Of a stretch of 64,000 bases of DNA, positions 40,760-57,492 are shown piece by piece; within the stretch, counting starts at the first letter, position 1, and each line of letters begins with the position of its first letter. The translations under genes and the position numbers were made by a program. The stretch is from positions 128,001 to 192,000 of the forward strand of contig CAWDSQ010000024.1 of assembly GCA_963804955.1 (NCBI GenBank), written 5' to 3'. Source of the stretch: an uncultured delta proteobacterium (GTDB lineage Bacteria > Desulfobacterota > WTBG01 > CAIYCZ01 > CAIRTM01). A model generated the notes under the pieces. The model worked only from the letters and a program-made list of their open reading frames with translations. It searched no databases and had not been told where the DNA came from.

Positions 40760-42223
40760 CTACACCCGCTTCATGTTGGCAATAAGGTCCTTCACGGAAA
40801 CCGTTGCCATGCCCGAGGTGGTATCGGACATGGCATAGGGGATAATCAGCTCCCCGCGGTTGATAAGAGCGCCGCAGGAATACACCACATTGGGCACATA
40901 ACCTTCCCGCTCTTCATCTTTGGGCTTCATGAGCGGCTCGTTCAGCACCGCTGTGACACGGCCGGGCTCTTCCAGGTCCAGGAGAATAGCGCTGATGCTG
41001 TACTGCCGCATGGGCCCGACGCCATGGGTGAGCACAAGCCAGCCTTCCGGGGTTTCCAGGGGCGAGCCGCAATTGCCGATCTGGATGAATTCCCAGGGAC
41101 GGCTGGGCCGCTGTATAATCGTTGATTTCTGCCAGAAGTGCAGGTGATCGGAAAACATTATATGATTGTTTTCGTTATCCTGCCGCGACAGCATCACATA
41201 TTTGCCCTTGATGCGCCGGGGAAACAGGGCCATGCCCTTGTTCTGTATGGCGCGGCCGTTGAGCGTTATCATTTTAATCGTGAGGAAGTCCCTGGTTTCG
41301 ATAAGCTGGGGCAGTATGACAAGCCCGTTATAGGCGGTGTACGTGGCGTAATAGGTCACCTGGCCGTCATCATCCACAAATCTCACGAACCGCGCGTCTT
41401 CAATGCCGCTGCGCTCATTTTCTGAGGCCGGGAAAATGACCCGCTCCGAGAGCGGGCTTGCCGGGTTGAACTTCAGCTCATAGTTTGACCGCGCAAGCCA
41501 CTGCACCACGTCCAAACTTTCATCGCGCTGTTTTTCGGTGAAGGCGCTCTCCCTCTCGAGCAGCATGATCTGCTCGCGGAGCTGATTATAGTTAAAATCC
41601 TCCGGCAGCCGGTCCAGCAGGCTCGTGGTTATTTCATTGCATGCCTGCATTTCATTGAGCTTGAGCTGAAACAGATGTTTGTTGTACGTGGTGTCGAGCT
41701 CCAGCTCGGCCCGCTCAACAAAATCGCTGACCGCGTCAAAGGCAATGGCATTATTTTCATCGATGATGCCGCTTCTGAACTCGATTGAGGAAATATGCCC
41801 CTCACCGACTGCGCGCAGGCTCATGATAAAGCGTATGGCCCCGGTATTAAGGCCGCATTGATCCGGATGCAGGACTATGGAGGGATTGAACAGCGCTGCC
41901 GAGTCAATTGAATACTCCATGGTGAAATAGGCGCCGATCAGCTGCTGCTTTACATCCGAGACCTGGTCTTCCGGCATCATCAGGCGGGAAACAACCGTGA
42001 AATGGCGCCGGAATACATCATCGATATTGCGGTGCCTTTCTGAAAACTCCGCGTACACGCGGTCAAGAAGAGCAGCGGCTTCCTGATCGGGCATGCGCAT
42101 AACCCGCTTGATGATCCGCAGGATGCGGACCGCCCGGTGCGGCAGATGCAGCCGCGTAATGACTCTGGTCGGGTCCCGCTCGATGCGTTTTCTTCTGCGC
42201 CGTACTATCGGCATGCCGTCCAT
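40760..42223 (-). CDS. GH130-family glycosidase/phosphorylase (long form)
   Basis: EYSI..AALFNPSIV, GIEDARFV, TYTAY, NKGMALFPR, REGYVPNVVYSCG. Confidence 0.9.
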   Translation of the reverse strand: MDGMPIVRRRRKRIERDPTRVITRLHLPHRAVRILRIIKRVMRMPDQEAAALLDRVYAEFSERHRNIDDVFRRHFTVVSRLMMPEDQVSDVKQQLIGAYFTMEYSIDSAALFNPSIVLHPDQCGLNTGAIRFIMSLRAVGEGHISSIEFRSGIIDENNAIAFDAVSDFVERAELELDTTYNKHLFQLKLNEMQACNEITTSLLDRLPEDFNYNQLREQIMLLERESAFTEKQRDESLDVVQWLARSNYELKFNPASPLSERVIFPASENERSGIEDARFVRFVDDDGQVTYYATYTAYNGLVILPQLIETRDFLTIKMITLNGRAIQNKGMALFPRRIKGKYVMLSRQDNENNHIMFSDHLHFWQKSTIIQRPSRPWEFIQIGNCGSPLETPEGWLVLTHGVGPMRQYSISAILLDLEEPGRVTAVLNEPLMKPKDEEREGYVPNVVYSCGALINRGELIIPYAMSDTTSGMATVSVKDLIANMKRV

Positions 42224-42531
42224 TAAACACCTCCATCATTGAATGTTGCCTGTCCACCGGCCGGTCAATATGCCGGCAGGGGACACGGTACTCAAACCAG
42301 CGGATCATGACTTTTTAGTTTAACACACCTCACCTGATGGCAGGGCGGTGAAAGGAAGAATATTTGACTGATAATTTTAAATGCCATGGACCTCTCGTTA
42401 TAGTCTCCATTGCTGTATTGTACCACATGTTGCTAATTTCAGCCTGAGATATCAACCTGAGCTTGCTCTGTGCGAAGTCGAAGCAAGCAGGATGATTCCT
42501 ATATTTTTTCTGTACGCCGCAAAAAAAAACG

Positions 42532-42565
42532 AAAAACCCTGCTGAACATAGTCAGCAGGGTTTTT
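42532..42565 (-). terminator. rRNA operon terminator
   Basis: aaaaaccctgctga-acatag-tcagcagggttttt. Confidence 0.85.
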
Positions 42566-42574
42566 CAATAAAAA

Positions 42575-42691
<117 letters not shown>

Positions 42692-42763
42692 ATAAGTCTT
42701 ACATATGGAAGATATTGAGATTATAAGCAGCGCTGATCGCTGTAATTTAACAAGTAAAGATAA

Positions 42764-45784
<3,021 letters not shown>

Positions 45785-45917
45785 AATGCTTGAGAAATTA
45801 CTTTGATCAACGCTATTATAATCTCAATTTTCCATATGTAATTTTCAAAGAACGGTATTAAAACAGCAAGTGACTGCTTTTTCTAAAAAAGCTTTCGCCT
45901 GCGGCTTTAATGGGGTA

Positions 45918-45990
45918 TGGAGGTAATCGGACTCGAACCGATGGCCCCCTGCGTGCAAAGCAGGTGCTCTCCCAACTGAGCTATACCCCC
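45918..45990 (-). tRNA. tRNA-Ala(TGC), CCA not encoded
   Basis: Cloverleaf with a G3:U70 pair and anticodon TGC. Confidence 0.96.
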
Positions 45991-45997
45991 TATTTCA

Positions 45998-46071
45998 TGG
46001 GCCTGGGTAGATTCGAACTACCGACCTCACGCTTATCAGGCGTGCGCTCTTACCAGCTGAGCTACAGGCCC
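45998..46071 (-). tRNA. tRNA-Ile(GAT), CCA not encoded
   Basis: Cloverleaf with anticodon GAT. Confidence 0.96.
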
Positions 46072-46175
46072 ATAATTCAACCTGTACCCGAAGGCTTAAA
46101 AAAAAAGATAAATAGAGAAGGTAACTGCTCGTGAGTTATTTTGCTGCTTGTGTTGCTTATTTGGTTATTACACCA

Positions 46176-47740
<1,565 letters not shown>

Positions 47741-48073
47741 ATTTTTTGAAAAGTTTTAACTCAAAAGACAATTAACCTTCTCTATTTATTTCAAAGAACA
47801 TAGTGCTCTAAGGCATCTACTCATTATATCCGAGTAAATTGTTTTGTCAACTTTTTTTTAAAAGTTTTTCATGCCTAATTGCAGCGCAAGCAAGGAACTT
47901 GAAAACTGCATAAAGACAATCACTGACGTGCCAAAGAACAACATAAAATTATCTTGTCATTATATCGTATCTAAATGATTTTGTCAAATCTTTTTTCATT
48001 TTTTTCATTTTTTTTGCATCTTGCTGAAATAGCTTACTTTTTTAATGCTTGCCATAAAAAAAACCGGTAGAAT

Positions 48074-49298
48074 TTACCGAATTTCTATCTTATGAAAACG
48101 CTTTTTGCCGGCACGCAGCATGATAATGCCGTTTTTAACGTGAGCAGGGTGTAATCCTTGTGTCAAATTGATCAAGCCGCTCTCCATTGATATAAGCGCC
48201 GCCTTCGGCAACAAGGCGCCGGGCATCACTGCGGGAACTGCAGAGGCCGGCTTCGGTAAAGAGCATAAATGCCGCTACCCCCTCTTCCAGCCGGCGTGGC
48301 TCAACGACCGTTGTCGGCACAGAGTCCAGATTTGCCCCGTCACCATAAAAAACGCTGCGGGCGCTTTCCTGCGCCTGTGCAGCTGCATCGCTGCCGTGGG
48401 TTATGGCTGTTGCCTCAAATGCCAGCCGCTGCTTTGCTGTATTAATATTTGCTCCCTGCGCAGTCAGACAGCCTATCTCTTCCATGGAAAGAAAGGTAAA
48501 AAACGCAAGAAAGCGGGCGACATCGCGGTCATCGGCATTTACCCAGTACTGATAATATTCATAGGCGGAGGTTCTTTCGGCATCAAGCCAGACAGCCCCC
48601 TTCTCCGTTTTCCCCATTTTGGCCCCTGCAGCCGTCGTAATCAGCGGAAAGGTCAGCCCGTAGGATTCCCTGCCTTCAACACGGCGGATAAGGTCAATGC
48701 CGGCTACAATATTACCCCACTGGTCATTGCCGCCTATCTGCAGCATGCAGGTATGATTTTGATTAAGATACAGAAAATCATATGACTGCAGAAGCATGTA
48801 ATTAAACTCAATAAAGTTCAGTCCTGTTTCGAGACGCTTTTTATATGACTCGGCGGCTATCATTCTGTTGACGCTGAAATGCCTGCCGATATCGCGCAAA
48901 AAATCTATATAGCGCACCGGCACGAGCCAGTCGGCATTATTGAGCAGCATCGCGGCAGAGCCGCCGCTGAAATCGATATACCGGGCAAACTGCTCTTTTA
49001 TTTTTTTACCGTTTTCCTCGACCTCTTCACAGGAAAGGATTTTACGCATCTCATTCTTGCCGCTGGGATCACCGATCAGCGCCGTGCCGCCGCCCAGAAG
49101 AACGATGGGGCGATGACCGGCCCGCTGCATATGGGCAAGGGCCATAATCGGCAGCAAATGGCCCACATGCAGGCTCGAAGCCGTCGGGTCAAAGCCGGCA
49201 TAGCAGGTAAGCGGCCCTTGAAGCGCATCTCGAAGAGCCGGCTCATTGGTCACCTGCTCGACAAAGCCGCGTTCTTTGAGAATGTCGTAAATGCTCAT
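48074..49298 (-). CDS. tyrS: Tyrosine--tRNA ligase (frameshift near 48140)
   Basis: GFDPTASSLHVGH, QIGGNDQWGNI, KMGKT; the S4 C-terminus LRAGKKRFH is in the shifted frame. Confidence 0.95.
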
Positions 49299-49394
49299 AG
49301 CGAACTCCGCCTTTTTAAATGTAAAACTATAAATCCTGTTTGCAGTGCAGCTCAGGTTACTGTTTACGCATACGCCATCATCTGCGCAAAACTC

Positions 49395-49460
49395 GCAGGG
49401 GCGGTTCGCGAACCGCCCCTACATTTTCATATCAGATTGCAGGTTGGGCTGCGCCCACCT
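49395..49460. repeat. Degenerate GTAG-family REP-like palindromes
   Basis: gcaggggcggttcgcgaaccgcccctac and aggttgggctgcgcccacct. Confidence 0.6.
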
Positions 49461-49499
49461 TATCAATACCCTGCGCAGCCGCTACTACGGCTGAAACCA

Positions 49500-51063
49500 T
49501 TACTTTGCATACTCAATTGCGCGGGTCTCACGTATGACGGTGACTTTTATCTGCCCCGGATAGGTAAGGGACTCCTCAATCTTCTTGGCAAGATCCTTTG
49601 AAAGAACCACCGCGCCATCATCGTTTATATCGCCGCTTTCAACCATGACACGTATTTCGCGGCCGGCCTGCACGGCATAGGATTTGCTGACGCCCTTAAA
49701 GGCATTGGCAATATCCTCAAGGTCCCGGAGATGCTTGACATAGGTCATCAGCATTTCGCGCCGGGCCCCCGGCCGCGCTGCGGACAGGGCATCAGCGGCC
49801 TGCACAAGCACCGCAAGCACGGTCTGCGCCTTGACATCATCATGATGGGCAGCTATGGCATGAATGATCTCTTCAGCCTCGCCGTGCTTCTTTGCAAGGT
49901 CGGCGCCGATAAGGGCGTGCGACCCTTCAACTTCATGATCAACGGCTTTGCCGATATCATGCAGCAGCCCCGCACGCTTGGCAGACTTGACATTGATGCC
50001 GAGTTCGGATGCCATCATGCCGCACAGGTAGGAGACCTCCAGAGAGTGCTGGAGCACATTCTGATCATAGCTGGTGCGGAATTTCAATCGTCCCAGCAGG
50101 CGCAGCAGCTCGGGATTTATTTTCTGAATGCCGACATCAAAGGTTACCTGCTCTCCGGCCTCCCGAATGGTGTTGTCCACCTCGCCCCTGACCTTCTCCA
50201 CGATCTCTTCTATCCGCGAGGGGTGAATGCGGCCGTCGGTAATCAGTTTTTCCAGAGCGATGCGCGCAACTTCGCGACGTATAGGATCAAAGGATGATAT
50301 CAGTATTGTTTCAGGCGTATCGTCAATGATCAGATCAACGCCGGTAATCTGCTCAATAGCGCGGATATTGCGGCCTTCGCGGCCGATAATGCGCCCCTTC
50401 ATCTCATCATTGGGAAGGGCCACCACGGATACGGTCTTCTCTGCGACATAATCGGCGCTGTAGCGCTGTATGGCTATGGCAATGATATTGCGGGCAATCT
50501 TATCGGCATTCTCTTTGGTTTCCTCCTCGATCCTGCGTATGGTTCGTGCAGACTCATGCTTGGCCTCATTTTCCAGGTTTTGCATCAGAATCTTTTTCGC
50601 CTCCTCGGAGGTCATGCCCGATATGCGCTCAAGCTTACGCTTCTGCTCTTCAAGAGACTGCGTATACTGGTCCTCCATGTCCTTCACGGCCTTTTCCTGC
50701 GCCGAAAGGGTCTTTTCACGTTTTGCAATGGTGATTTCCTTCTGATCGACCAGTCCGACCTTCTTTTCGAGGTTTTCCTCCCTCTGCGCAAGCCGCTTTT
50801 CCTGCTTTTGCATTTCGAACTTCTTGTTGCGCGACTCCTTTTCAAACTCTGCCTTTGTGCGGTACAGCTCTTCTTTGGCCTGCAGTTTGGCCTCCTTTCA
50901 CAAGCGTGTCTGCTTCCTTTTTTGCTTCATTTATAAGCTTGCCGACCGTCTCTTCAGCAGAAGATATTTTATTTTCTATAATTTTTTTTCTTAGAAAAAA
51001 TCCTACGACGATTCCGGCGACAGCACCGGAGATACCGGCTAGTGCTATGTATATCGGGTCCAA
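49500..51063 (-). CDS. rny: Ribonuclease Y (frameshift near 50890)
   Basis: N-terminal TM, coiled coil, KH ([14 protein letters not shown]) and HD (LLHDIGK) domains. Confidence 0.96.
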
Positions 51064-51553
51064 AGTTATTCCTCCTTTATCTGATTATTATATGTAGCAG
51101 CCGTAAGGCGATGTTACGACCGGTTGCTCGTATACCAAGCATATCTTTAACCGGCACATTCATCAACTTTACGCTGATGAGCAGCACCTGCACTGAAAAA
51201 AATTCCCGGACTTGTGAGAACTGTGAACGGAATGAAAGGCTGGCTGCAGAAGGTCTTTTACAATAAAAACATTATGCGGATTTATAGCTGCTGTTAGAAA
51301 CACATCCCATTGAATGAACAGGCATTAAAAACAAACCATCGTATATGCCCTGTGGGTACTCTGTATAAATGTTTAAAGGCCTTACACACCTTTTTTAAGC
51401 TCTTTTACTCCGCTATGCTTTCATTCACAGTTCTGTCTGAAAATCTATACACAAGGGCTTTTTAAATCCCCATATTAAAAAACAGTTCCCTCCAAGAAAA
51501 ATTTTATATAATTAATAGAATTTAACCGTATAGGTGAAACGAGTATACATACT

Positions 51554-51832
51554 TTACAATCGCGAATCAATCAGTTTTACAAGCCGCTCAGAATCCGCCT
51601 CAATGCTTCCGGCCAGACTCTTTAGTGCATCATCCTTTTTAATACAGTCATCTGCAAGATTTAAGGCCACCAGAACCATCAGGTTGAACGTATCTGCCGT
51701 CGCCCCTGTTTTGCGAGCCTGATCTATCTGATCATTAAGGAAATTTTCAACGCGCGCCACATGCTCTGCGTCATGTGTGCCCTTGAGCAGATAGGTCTGC
51801 CCCATTACCGTTATTTGAAAACTTTCCCCCAT
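51554..51832 (-). CDS. zapA: Cell division protein ZapA
   Basis: ITVMGQTY.L and LVALNLAD; zapB-zapA-rny synteny. Confidence 0.88.
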   Translation of the reverse strand: MGESFQITVMGQTYLLKGTHDAEHVARVENFLNDQIDQARKTGATADTFNLMVLVALNLADDCIKKDDALKSLAGSIEADSERLVKLIDSRL

Positions 51833-51847
51833 CTAGATATACCTATG

Positions 51848-52075
51848 CTATATGCCGAGCTCCTCGATTTTAGCCAGTATTGCATCTACCCGCTGACTGA
51901 CCGCACCACGCTCACTGGAGAACTCATCTATTTTTTTAATCATCTGGTCGCGCTCCTGTGCGTGAGCAGATATCTGCTGCTCAATTGCCTCTTTTTCTTT
52001 TACAACGGTTTCATACTTTTCAATAATCAGTTCAACCTTGTGAGCCAGCGTATCAAATGCATTCAGAGTATCCAT
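51848..52075 (-). CDS. zapB: ZapB-like coiled-coil protein
   Basis: Short coiled coil ending ER..V..RVDAIL, immediately upstream of zapA. Confidence 0.75.
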   Translation of the reverse strand: MDTLNAFDTLAHKVELIIEKYETVVKEKEAIEQQISAHAQERDQMIKKIDEFSSERGAVSQRVDAILAKIEELGI

Positions 52076-52319
52076 CCATAACCTCAAGCAATTAAATTAA
52101 TATTTTACCAGTTAAGTTAAAAGGTTATATGCTAAAAGTCAAGCTGTTTCTTAAGGCAACAGCAACCCTCGTAGCAGTTGGCTTGATGTAGCCTTAAAAG
52201 GGCATACTAAAAAAAACACGCTGTGTTGCCGTTGCCTTCTCCAGGGATACATCGCCACAGGCGATGGTTTGCGTGAAGACAATGAAACAGCAGCCCCTGA
52301 CCATCAATGGTCATTCCAT

Positions 52320-53384
52320 TTACAGACGGAACACCTGCCAGTTAAAAGATTGAATTTTCTTTACTTTTTCTATACTCGAGCGGGTCGCCGGCAGAATCAT
52401 GGAATCTTCAAAAAAACCTGCATGCGTATCGGCCGGTGACCCGCAGCTATCGCTCAATGCACGAAGGGTTTGCTTAACTGATTGCGCAATGCCTTGCAGA
52501 TGATAGCCGCCCTCAAGGACAAACAGCAGCCTGCCGCCGCATACAGTTTCAGCGAGTTGCCTGATAATCCTTGTCATGTCATAAAAACCCTGAGGGGTGA
52601 CATCCATAGTACCAAGCGGATCATGCTGGTAAATGTCAAACCCCGCTGACACCAGCACAAATTGGGGCTGGTACTCAACGGCAAGCGGCACAAGTATCTC
52701 ATTGAAAATACTTGCATAATCACCGTCGCCCTGCCCACCTGACAGAGGAACATTTACCGTAAAACCCCGGCCTGCATTTTCCCCTGTCTCTTCAAAAGCA
52801 CCTGTTCCCGGATAGTAGGGATACTGGTGAGTCGACACATACAGCACCCGCGGGTCAGCATAAAAAGAGTGCTGCGTTCCGTTGCCGTGATGGATATCCC
52901 AGTCGACAATCAGAACCCGCTGCATTTTATGCTTTTCAAGCAAATAACGGGCTCCGATAGCTGCATTATTAAAAAGGCAGAATCCCATTGCATGGCTGTT
53001 TTCGGCATGATGACCCGGGGGGCGAACCAGAGCAAAACCATTATCGGCCGCACCTGAAAGTATCATATCAATACCGTCCAGCACTGCGCCCACAGCATGT
53101 GCAGCTGCATCCCAGGAACCTTCAGACGTGCCCGTATCGGGATCAAGACTAGAGGGCGGCCTGCCTGCCGTGGCGGCTATACGCTCTATATATGCCGGAG
53201 AATGATTCAGGGCAATTTCAGCTTTTGTTGCCCTTCGCGGTGAAATCTCTTCGAAACATCCTGCCATATCCCCGTCCTGAAGCATGGCATAGATTGCTTC
53301 CAGACGCTCAGGACTCTCCGGATGGCCATGCTGCGTTACATGGCCAAGGAAGCATGTGTCCTTAAAAATAACGGTTCTTCCCAT
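52320..53384 (-). CDS. Histone deacetylase family Zn amidohydrolase
   Basis: HPESPERL, RPPGHHA, GFCLFNN, DWDIHHGNGT, SAGFD, LEGGY. Confidence 0.95.
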   Translation of the reverse strand: MGRTVIFKDTCFLGHVTQHGHPESPERLEAIYAMLQDGDMAGCFEEISPRRATKAEIALNHSPAYIERIAATAGRPPSSLDPDTGTSEGSWDAAAHAVGAVLDGIDMILSGAADNGFALVRPPGHHAENSHAMGFCLFNNAAIGARYLLEKHKMQRVLIVDWDIHHGNGTQHSFYADPRVLYVSTHQYPYYPGTGAFEETGENAGRGFTVNVPLSGGQGDGDYASIFNEILVPLAVEYQPQFVLVSAGFDIYQHDPLGTMDVTPQGFYDMTRIIRQLAETVCGGRLLFVLEGGYHLQGIAQSVKQTLRALSDSCGSPADTHAGFFEDSMILPATRSSIEKVKKIQSFNWQVFRL

Positions 53385-53499
53385 GGCATTGCTCCGCTAT
53401 AATTTATTCCGGATGTTATGTTGACAATACTGTAAAAAGCGGCTACAAACAACAAAAAGATTTAATAAAATACCACTATAAAAACAGGCTGTAGTAACT

Positions 53500-53751
53500 A
53501 TGTTCGGCTTGGGATTTCAGGAAATTATTATCATCCTCGTTGTTGCGCTGCTTATTATCGGGCCGCGCAAGCTGCCTGATCTGGCAAAATCGCTGGGCAA
53601 AGCATTTCGTGAATTCAAGCATGCAACAGACGACATCAAACAGAATTTTGATCTTGACTCGCTGACACGGGAAGCCCCCCCTCCCCTATCAAAAAAAACA
53701 TCCCCGACTGACGACGAAGCGCAAAAAACAGATCACAAAGAACCCGCGTAA
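53500..53751 (+). CDS. tatA: Twin-arginine translocase TatA/TatB subunit
   Basis: MFGLGFQE...IGPRKLPDLAKSLGKAFREFK. Confidence 0.88.
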   Translation: MFGLGFQEIIIILVVALLIIGPRKLPDLAKSLGKAFREFKHATDDIKQNFDLDSLTREAPPPLSKKTSPTDDEAQKTDHKEPA

Positions 53752-54488
53752 TGGAAGAAGAAAAACTCCCCCTGACCTCACATCTGGAAGAACTGCGCAA
53801 ACGCCTGGTAATCAGCCTTATCGCTACGGGCATCGGTTTCTGTGCCTGCTACGGATTCTCAGAGCAGATATTTCTACTGTTATCCGCCCCGCTTATTAAA
53901 GCCATGCCCGAAGGCAGCTCGTTCATATTCACCGGCGTTACGGAAGCCTTTTTCACCTACCTGAAGCTTGCTTTCTTTGCAGGGATATTTGTCGCGAGCC
54001 CTGTCATTATTTACCAGATATGGGCCTTCGTCGCCCCCGGTCTGTATGAAAAGGAGCGCAGCAGCATACTGCCGTTTGTCTTTCTGGCTGTTTTCTTCTT
54101 TATCGGCGGAACGGCTTTCGGCTATTTCATCGTCTTTCCCTCGGCCTTCAAGTTTTTCCTCACCTATAATACGCAGTATGTAAAAATCATGCCCTCAATA
54201 GGTGAATACCTTTCTTTCAGCTGCATTTTTCTGCTGGCATTCGGCGTTGTATTTGAAATGCCGGTCTTCATAATCTGTCTGGCCCGTCTCGGGATCATTA
54301 CCCATAATCAACTTCGAAAATACCGCAAAATGGTCATTATAGGTATTTTCATCTCTGCGGCAATACTGACGCCGACGCCGGATGCAGTCAATCAATTGCT
54401 GATGGCCGTGCCAATGCTGGTTTTATACGAGCTGAGTATTATTGCCGTACGGTTTTTTGAAAAAAAAAGGAGAGCTCAAATTGATTAG
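53751..54488 (+). CDS. tatC: Twin-arginine translocase TatC
   Basis: HLEELRKRL, FVAPGLYEKE, FEMP, TPTPD, LYE.S. Confidence 0.96.
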   Translation: MEEEKLPLTSHLEELRKRLVISLIATGIGFCACYGFSEQIFLLLSAPLIKAMPEGSSFIFTGVTEAFFTYLKLAFFAGIFVASPVIIYQIWAFVAPGLYEKERSSILPFVFLAVFFFIGGTAFGYFIVFPSAFKFFLTYNTQYVKIMPSIGEYLSFSCIFLLAFGVVFEMPVFIICLARLGIITHNQLRKYRKMVIIGIFISAAILTPTPDAVNQLLMAVPMLVLYELSIIAVRFFEKKRRAQID

Positions 54489-55593
54489 CTGAGTTTCTGC
54501 AGTTTTTTTCTGAATGCCGCCATAAGCCGATACCCGTCATGAACCGGCTGTTCTGCAAGCTGCTGCAAAATTTTTTTCTCCATGCGCGATATCTTTTTGG
54601 GCATTTCGATATGAAAGCGGTACACCATGTCCCCCTGTTTGCCGCTCTTCTCAGACACAGCCCCCGTGCCTTTAAGCCGAACCTCAGCTCCGCTCTGTAA
54701 GCCTCTTGCAATCTTTATCTTTTTTACACCTTCAAGAGCAGGCACCGTCACATATCCTCCCAGCATGGCCTGATAGAATGGAATTGGAACAGAACAGATA
54801 ATATCAAGGCCGTCGCGCTCAAAAAACGGGTGCTTTTCCACATGCACAACGACCATAAAATCACCCGCTGCGCCACCATCCCGGCCCCGCAGCCCCATAC
54901 CGCGCACCTGGAGCCGTGCTCCGGTTTCTACACCGCCTGGAATTTTTATGTGAACCGGCCGCTCAGACCAGGCAGTGCCTTTTCCTTTGCACCGCGGGCA
55001 CTGCGCAGTGGCTGTTTTCCCCGCTCCCTTACAGGCTGTGCATTGATGCGGCAGGCCGCGCCGGTCGTTGACCTGGCCACTGCCCCGGCATTGCGCACAG
55101 GCAACCAGCTTTGAGCCGGCCCGTATTCCTGTGCCACGGCACTGCGGGCAGGACTCCCAAAAAGGGGATATGAATCTCGGCATCGCATCCGAGGGCGGCA
55201 TCTCTGAAACTCACTTTCAGATTCCGCCGAAGGTCATGCCCCTTTATTGCCTCTATTTTTGGGCCCGTCCTGTCGAAAATAAAACCCCTCATAAAAATCA
55301 CGCAGCATTTCGTCACGGGGCATATAAAAATCGTTGCGCGGCGGGGGCGTGGTTTCGCGGCGTTTAAACTCAGCGGCCTGACGGCGCACAACCATATCAT
55401 ATTCGATGCGTTTCTCAGCATTGCCAATGGTTGCATAGGCCTCATTCACGAGCTTGAATTTCTCTTCGGCAAGTTCATCACCCTGATTTCTGTCAGGGTG
55501 ATAGTTCATCGCAAGGCTTCGGTAGGCTTTCTTTATAGAGGCTGCGCTTGCCGTATGCTCAACACCCAGCACCCTGTAGTAATCAGGCTTCAC
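54485..55593 (-). CDS. dnaJ: DnaJ-class chaperone with Zn finger (frameshifts at about 55165-55260)
   Basis: [14 protein letters not shown], four CxxCxGxG motifs, HPFFERDG. Confidence 0.85.
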
Positions 55594-56598
55594 GCGCCCC
55601 CCTGCTGTGCAGCCATCACTTCGGGGTAATAGCACATCGTGGCTCTGCACGAACGCTTGTAGGTTGCCGTATACAGCATGCGGGCGGCTGTGCGATATGC
55701 CGCCTGCGTTGGGCTTTCATCAAGCATGTCCAGAAGGGTTTTAAGAAACTCCACATCGCGCAGCTTGCGCTCAAGGGGGTTTCCGCGCCCGACGACTTTC
55801 AGGCTTCCGATGCCGAGCTTTTTAAATTCATACAGGGCGCAGGCGCCGCAGGGATGGTCGTCAACATGCACGCGCTCCCATATGCGCTGCCGCTCTATCA
55901 TGCAGGCCTGCCGCATGAACGGCACACTCTGATCGCGGGAAGCTATCTGCACCTCAAAAGGCAGCATGCAGGCATTTTTAAACATGGGGGGCACCTCTTT
56001 GCGCGCCAGCCCGTGCTGAAATGTGCAGAAGCCGTCAATATTTATGCAGCGGGAATTGAGAACAAAAGCCGTTGTTTCCATGGGCGGCATCTGCGCCGTA
56101 ATATCCTCTGATTTCCGCAATCGAGAGATGGCGGGGAAAGGTGATATTGCAGGCGCCCAGCTGTTTAAAAAAAGCTGCGGAGCGCCAGTTAAACACCGTG
56201 CCGCCGGTGCTGATATGTATGGCCGCCGGATAGCTCTGTTCTTTTATAAACTGCAGCAGCCCGAAATCGGTAATGATAAAAGCATCAACCCCTGATGCTG
56301 CCGCCTCGTCAAGATACCACCTGATAAGATCGTATTGCGCCTGCGTATAGTAATGCTCATTGACCGTAAAGTATACAGGAATGCCCAGGCCGTGAGCTCT
56401 GCCGACAGCCTCTTTCAAATCTTCAAAGCGCCGAAAATGCCCTTTGCCGGCAGGCCGCCTGTTTATGGATATAACCGGATATTTCTCATACCAGCTGTCT
56501 TCCAGGACTCCGCAGAAGAATTCACCTGCTCCGGCCTTTGCAAGCCCGTCGACTTCTTCGATGCTGTCAAGCGGCGATAGTATCTTCATTGCTTTCAT
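55590..56598 (-). CDS. Peptidase U32-family (Fe-S hydroxylase-like) protein (frameshift near 56110)
   Basis: ILSP, AGA.EFFCG, IHIST, FPRHLS, C.NIDGFC...C...CGAC, LKVVGRG. Confidence 0.85.
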
Positions 56599-56600
56599 AC

Positions 56601-57399
56601 TCAGACCGGCAGCTCCGGCTGCACGACAATACGGTCGACCTGCTGCCGGGTAACGGCATCGGGTATGGATTCATGTATAAAAAAAACGGCATTGCCCCGA
56701 CGGATAAGCGGCAGGGTCATGACGGGATTATACAAATTAAAGCTGTACTTCAGGCATTCTCTGCCGCAGGGGAAAATGCCGGTAGAGCCCATCTTTGCCG
56801 GATCATCGCAGTTCGCGCTCAGGCAGAAACGGGTTGCCGAAACAAAAGCAAACGGTACATACAGCGACTTGTGAAGGCTGGCGTCAGTGCCCTCCAGGTG
56901 CAGACCCTGCAGAAGATTATCAAACTCCACGCGGCTCGATGCCCTGCTGCGTCAAAAAACGCACGGCTGCCGGCACGTCAAGATTGGAGCCCTGAAAGTA
57001 GTCCTGCGTTTCGACGGGAAGCTGATCGAAAATATTCATAATGCGGGGCCCGCGCTTGCTCTTGTTGAGCAGTCTTCCGAGCACGGGATTGAGATCAGGA
57101 TACTCACTGCGCAGCAGCTGAAGAACACCCCAGTCATTCACAACCACTTCAGCATCAGGCAGGGTCTGCGCAAGCACGGGCAGCAGATCTTCAAGCAGCG
57201 CAAGGCCCCGGTTTGTCACAAACGGGGTCATAAAGGTAAATGCGAGGGATCTTTCGCGGGCGCTGCGCAGTGCCGTTTCAAGCTCATGCCGCGGCGGTAT
57301 CAGCCGCTCGCAAAATTCCGCTCCGAAATACAGCCGCGTAAAATCATCGCTTGCGTAGTGCAGGTGATCGACACTGTTTATATAAACTGCCTGTTCCAT
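56601..57399 (-). CDS. U32-like partner protein (frameshift near 56935)
   Basis: RLYFG.EFCERL.P, TP, EVVVNDWG, GRLL, TRFC...C.REC, RGN. Confidence 0.7.
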
Positions 57400-57492
57400 A
57401 TACTGTCCAAGGAAAGCGCCCCGAAGCACCTGCTGCTGCACCATGACCGGCAGCCGCTCTCACCACGCCGGGTCATGAGCACAAGGCAGCGG

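Noticed and set aside
45918..46071. tRNAs lacking encoded CCA as a novelty
   Set aside because: This is common in many bacteria; CCA is added post-transcriptionally.
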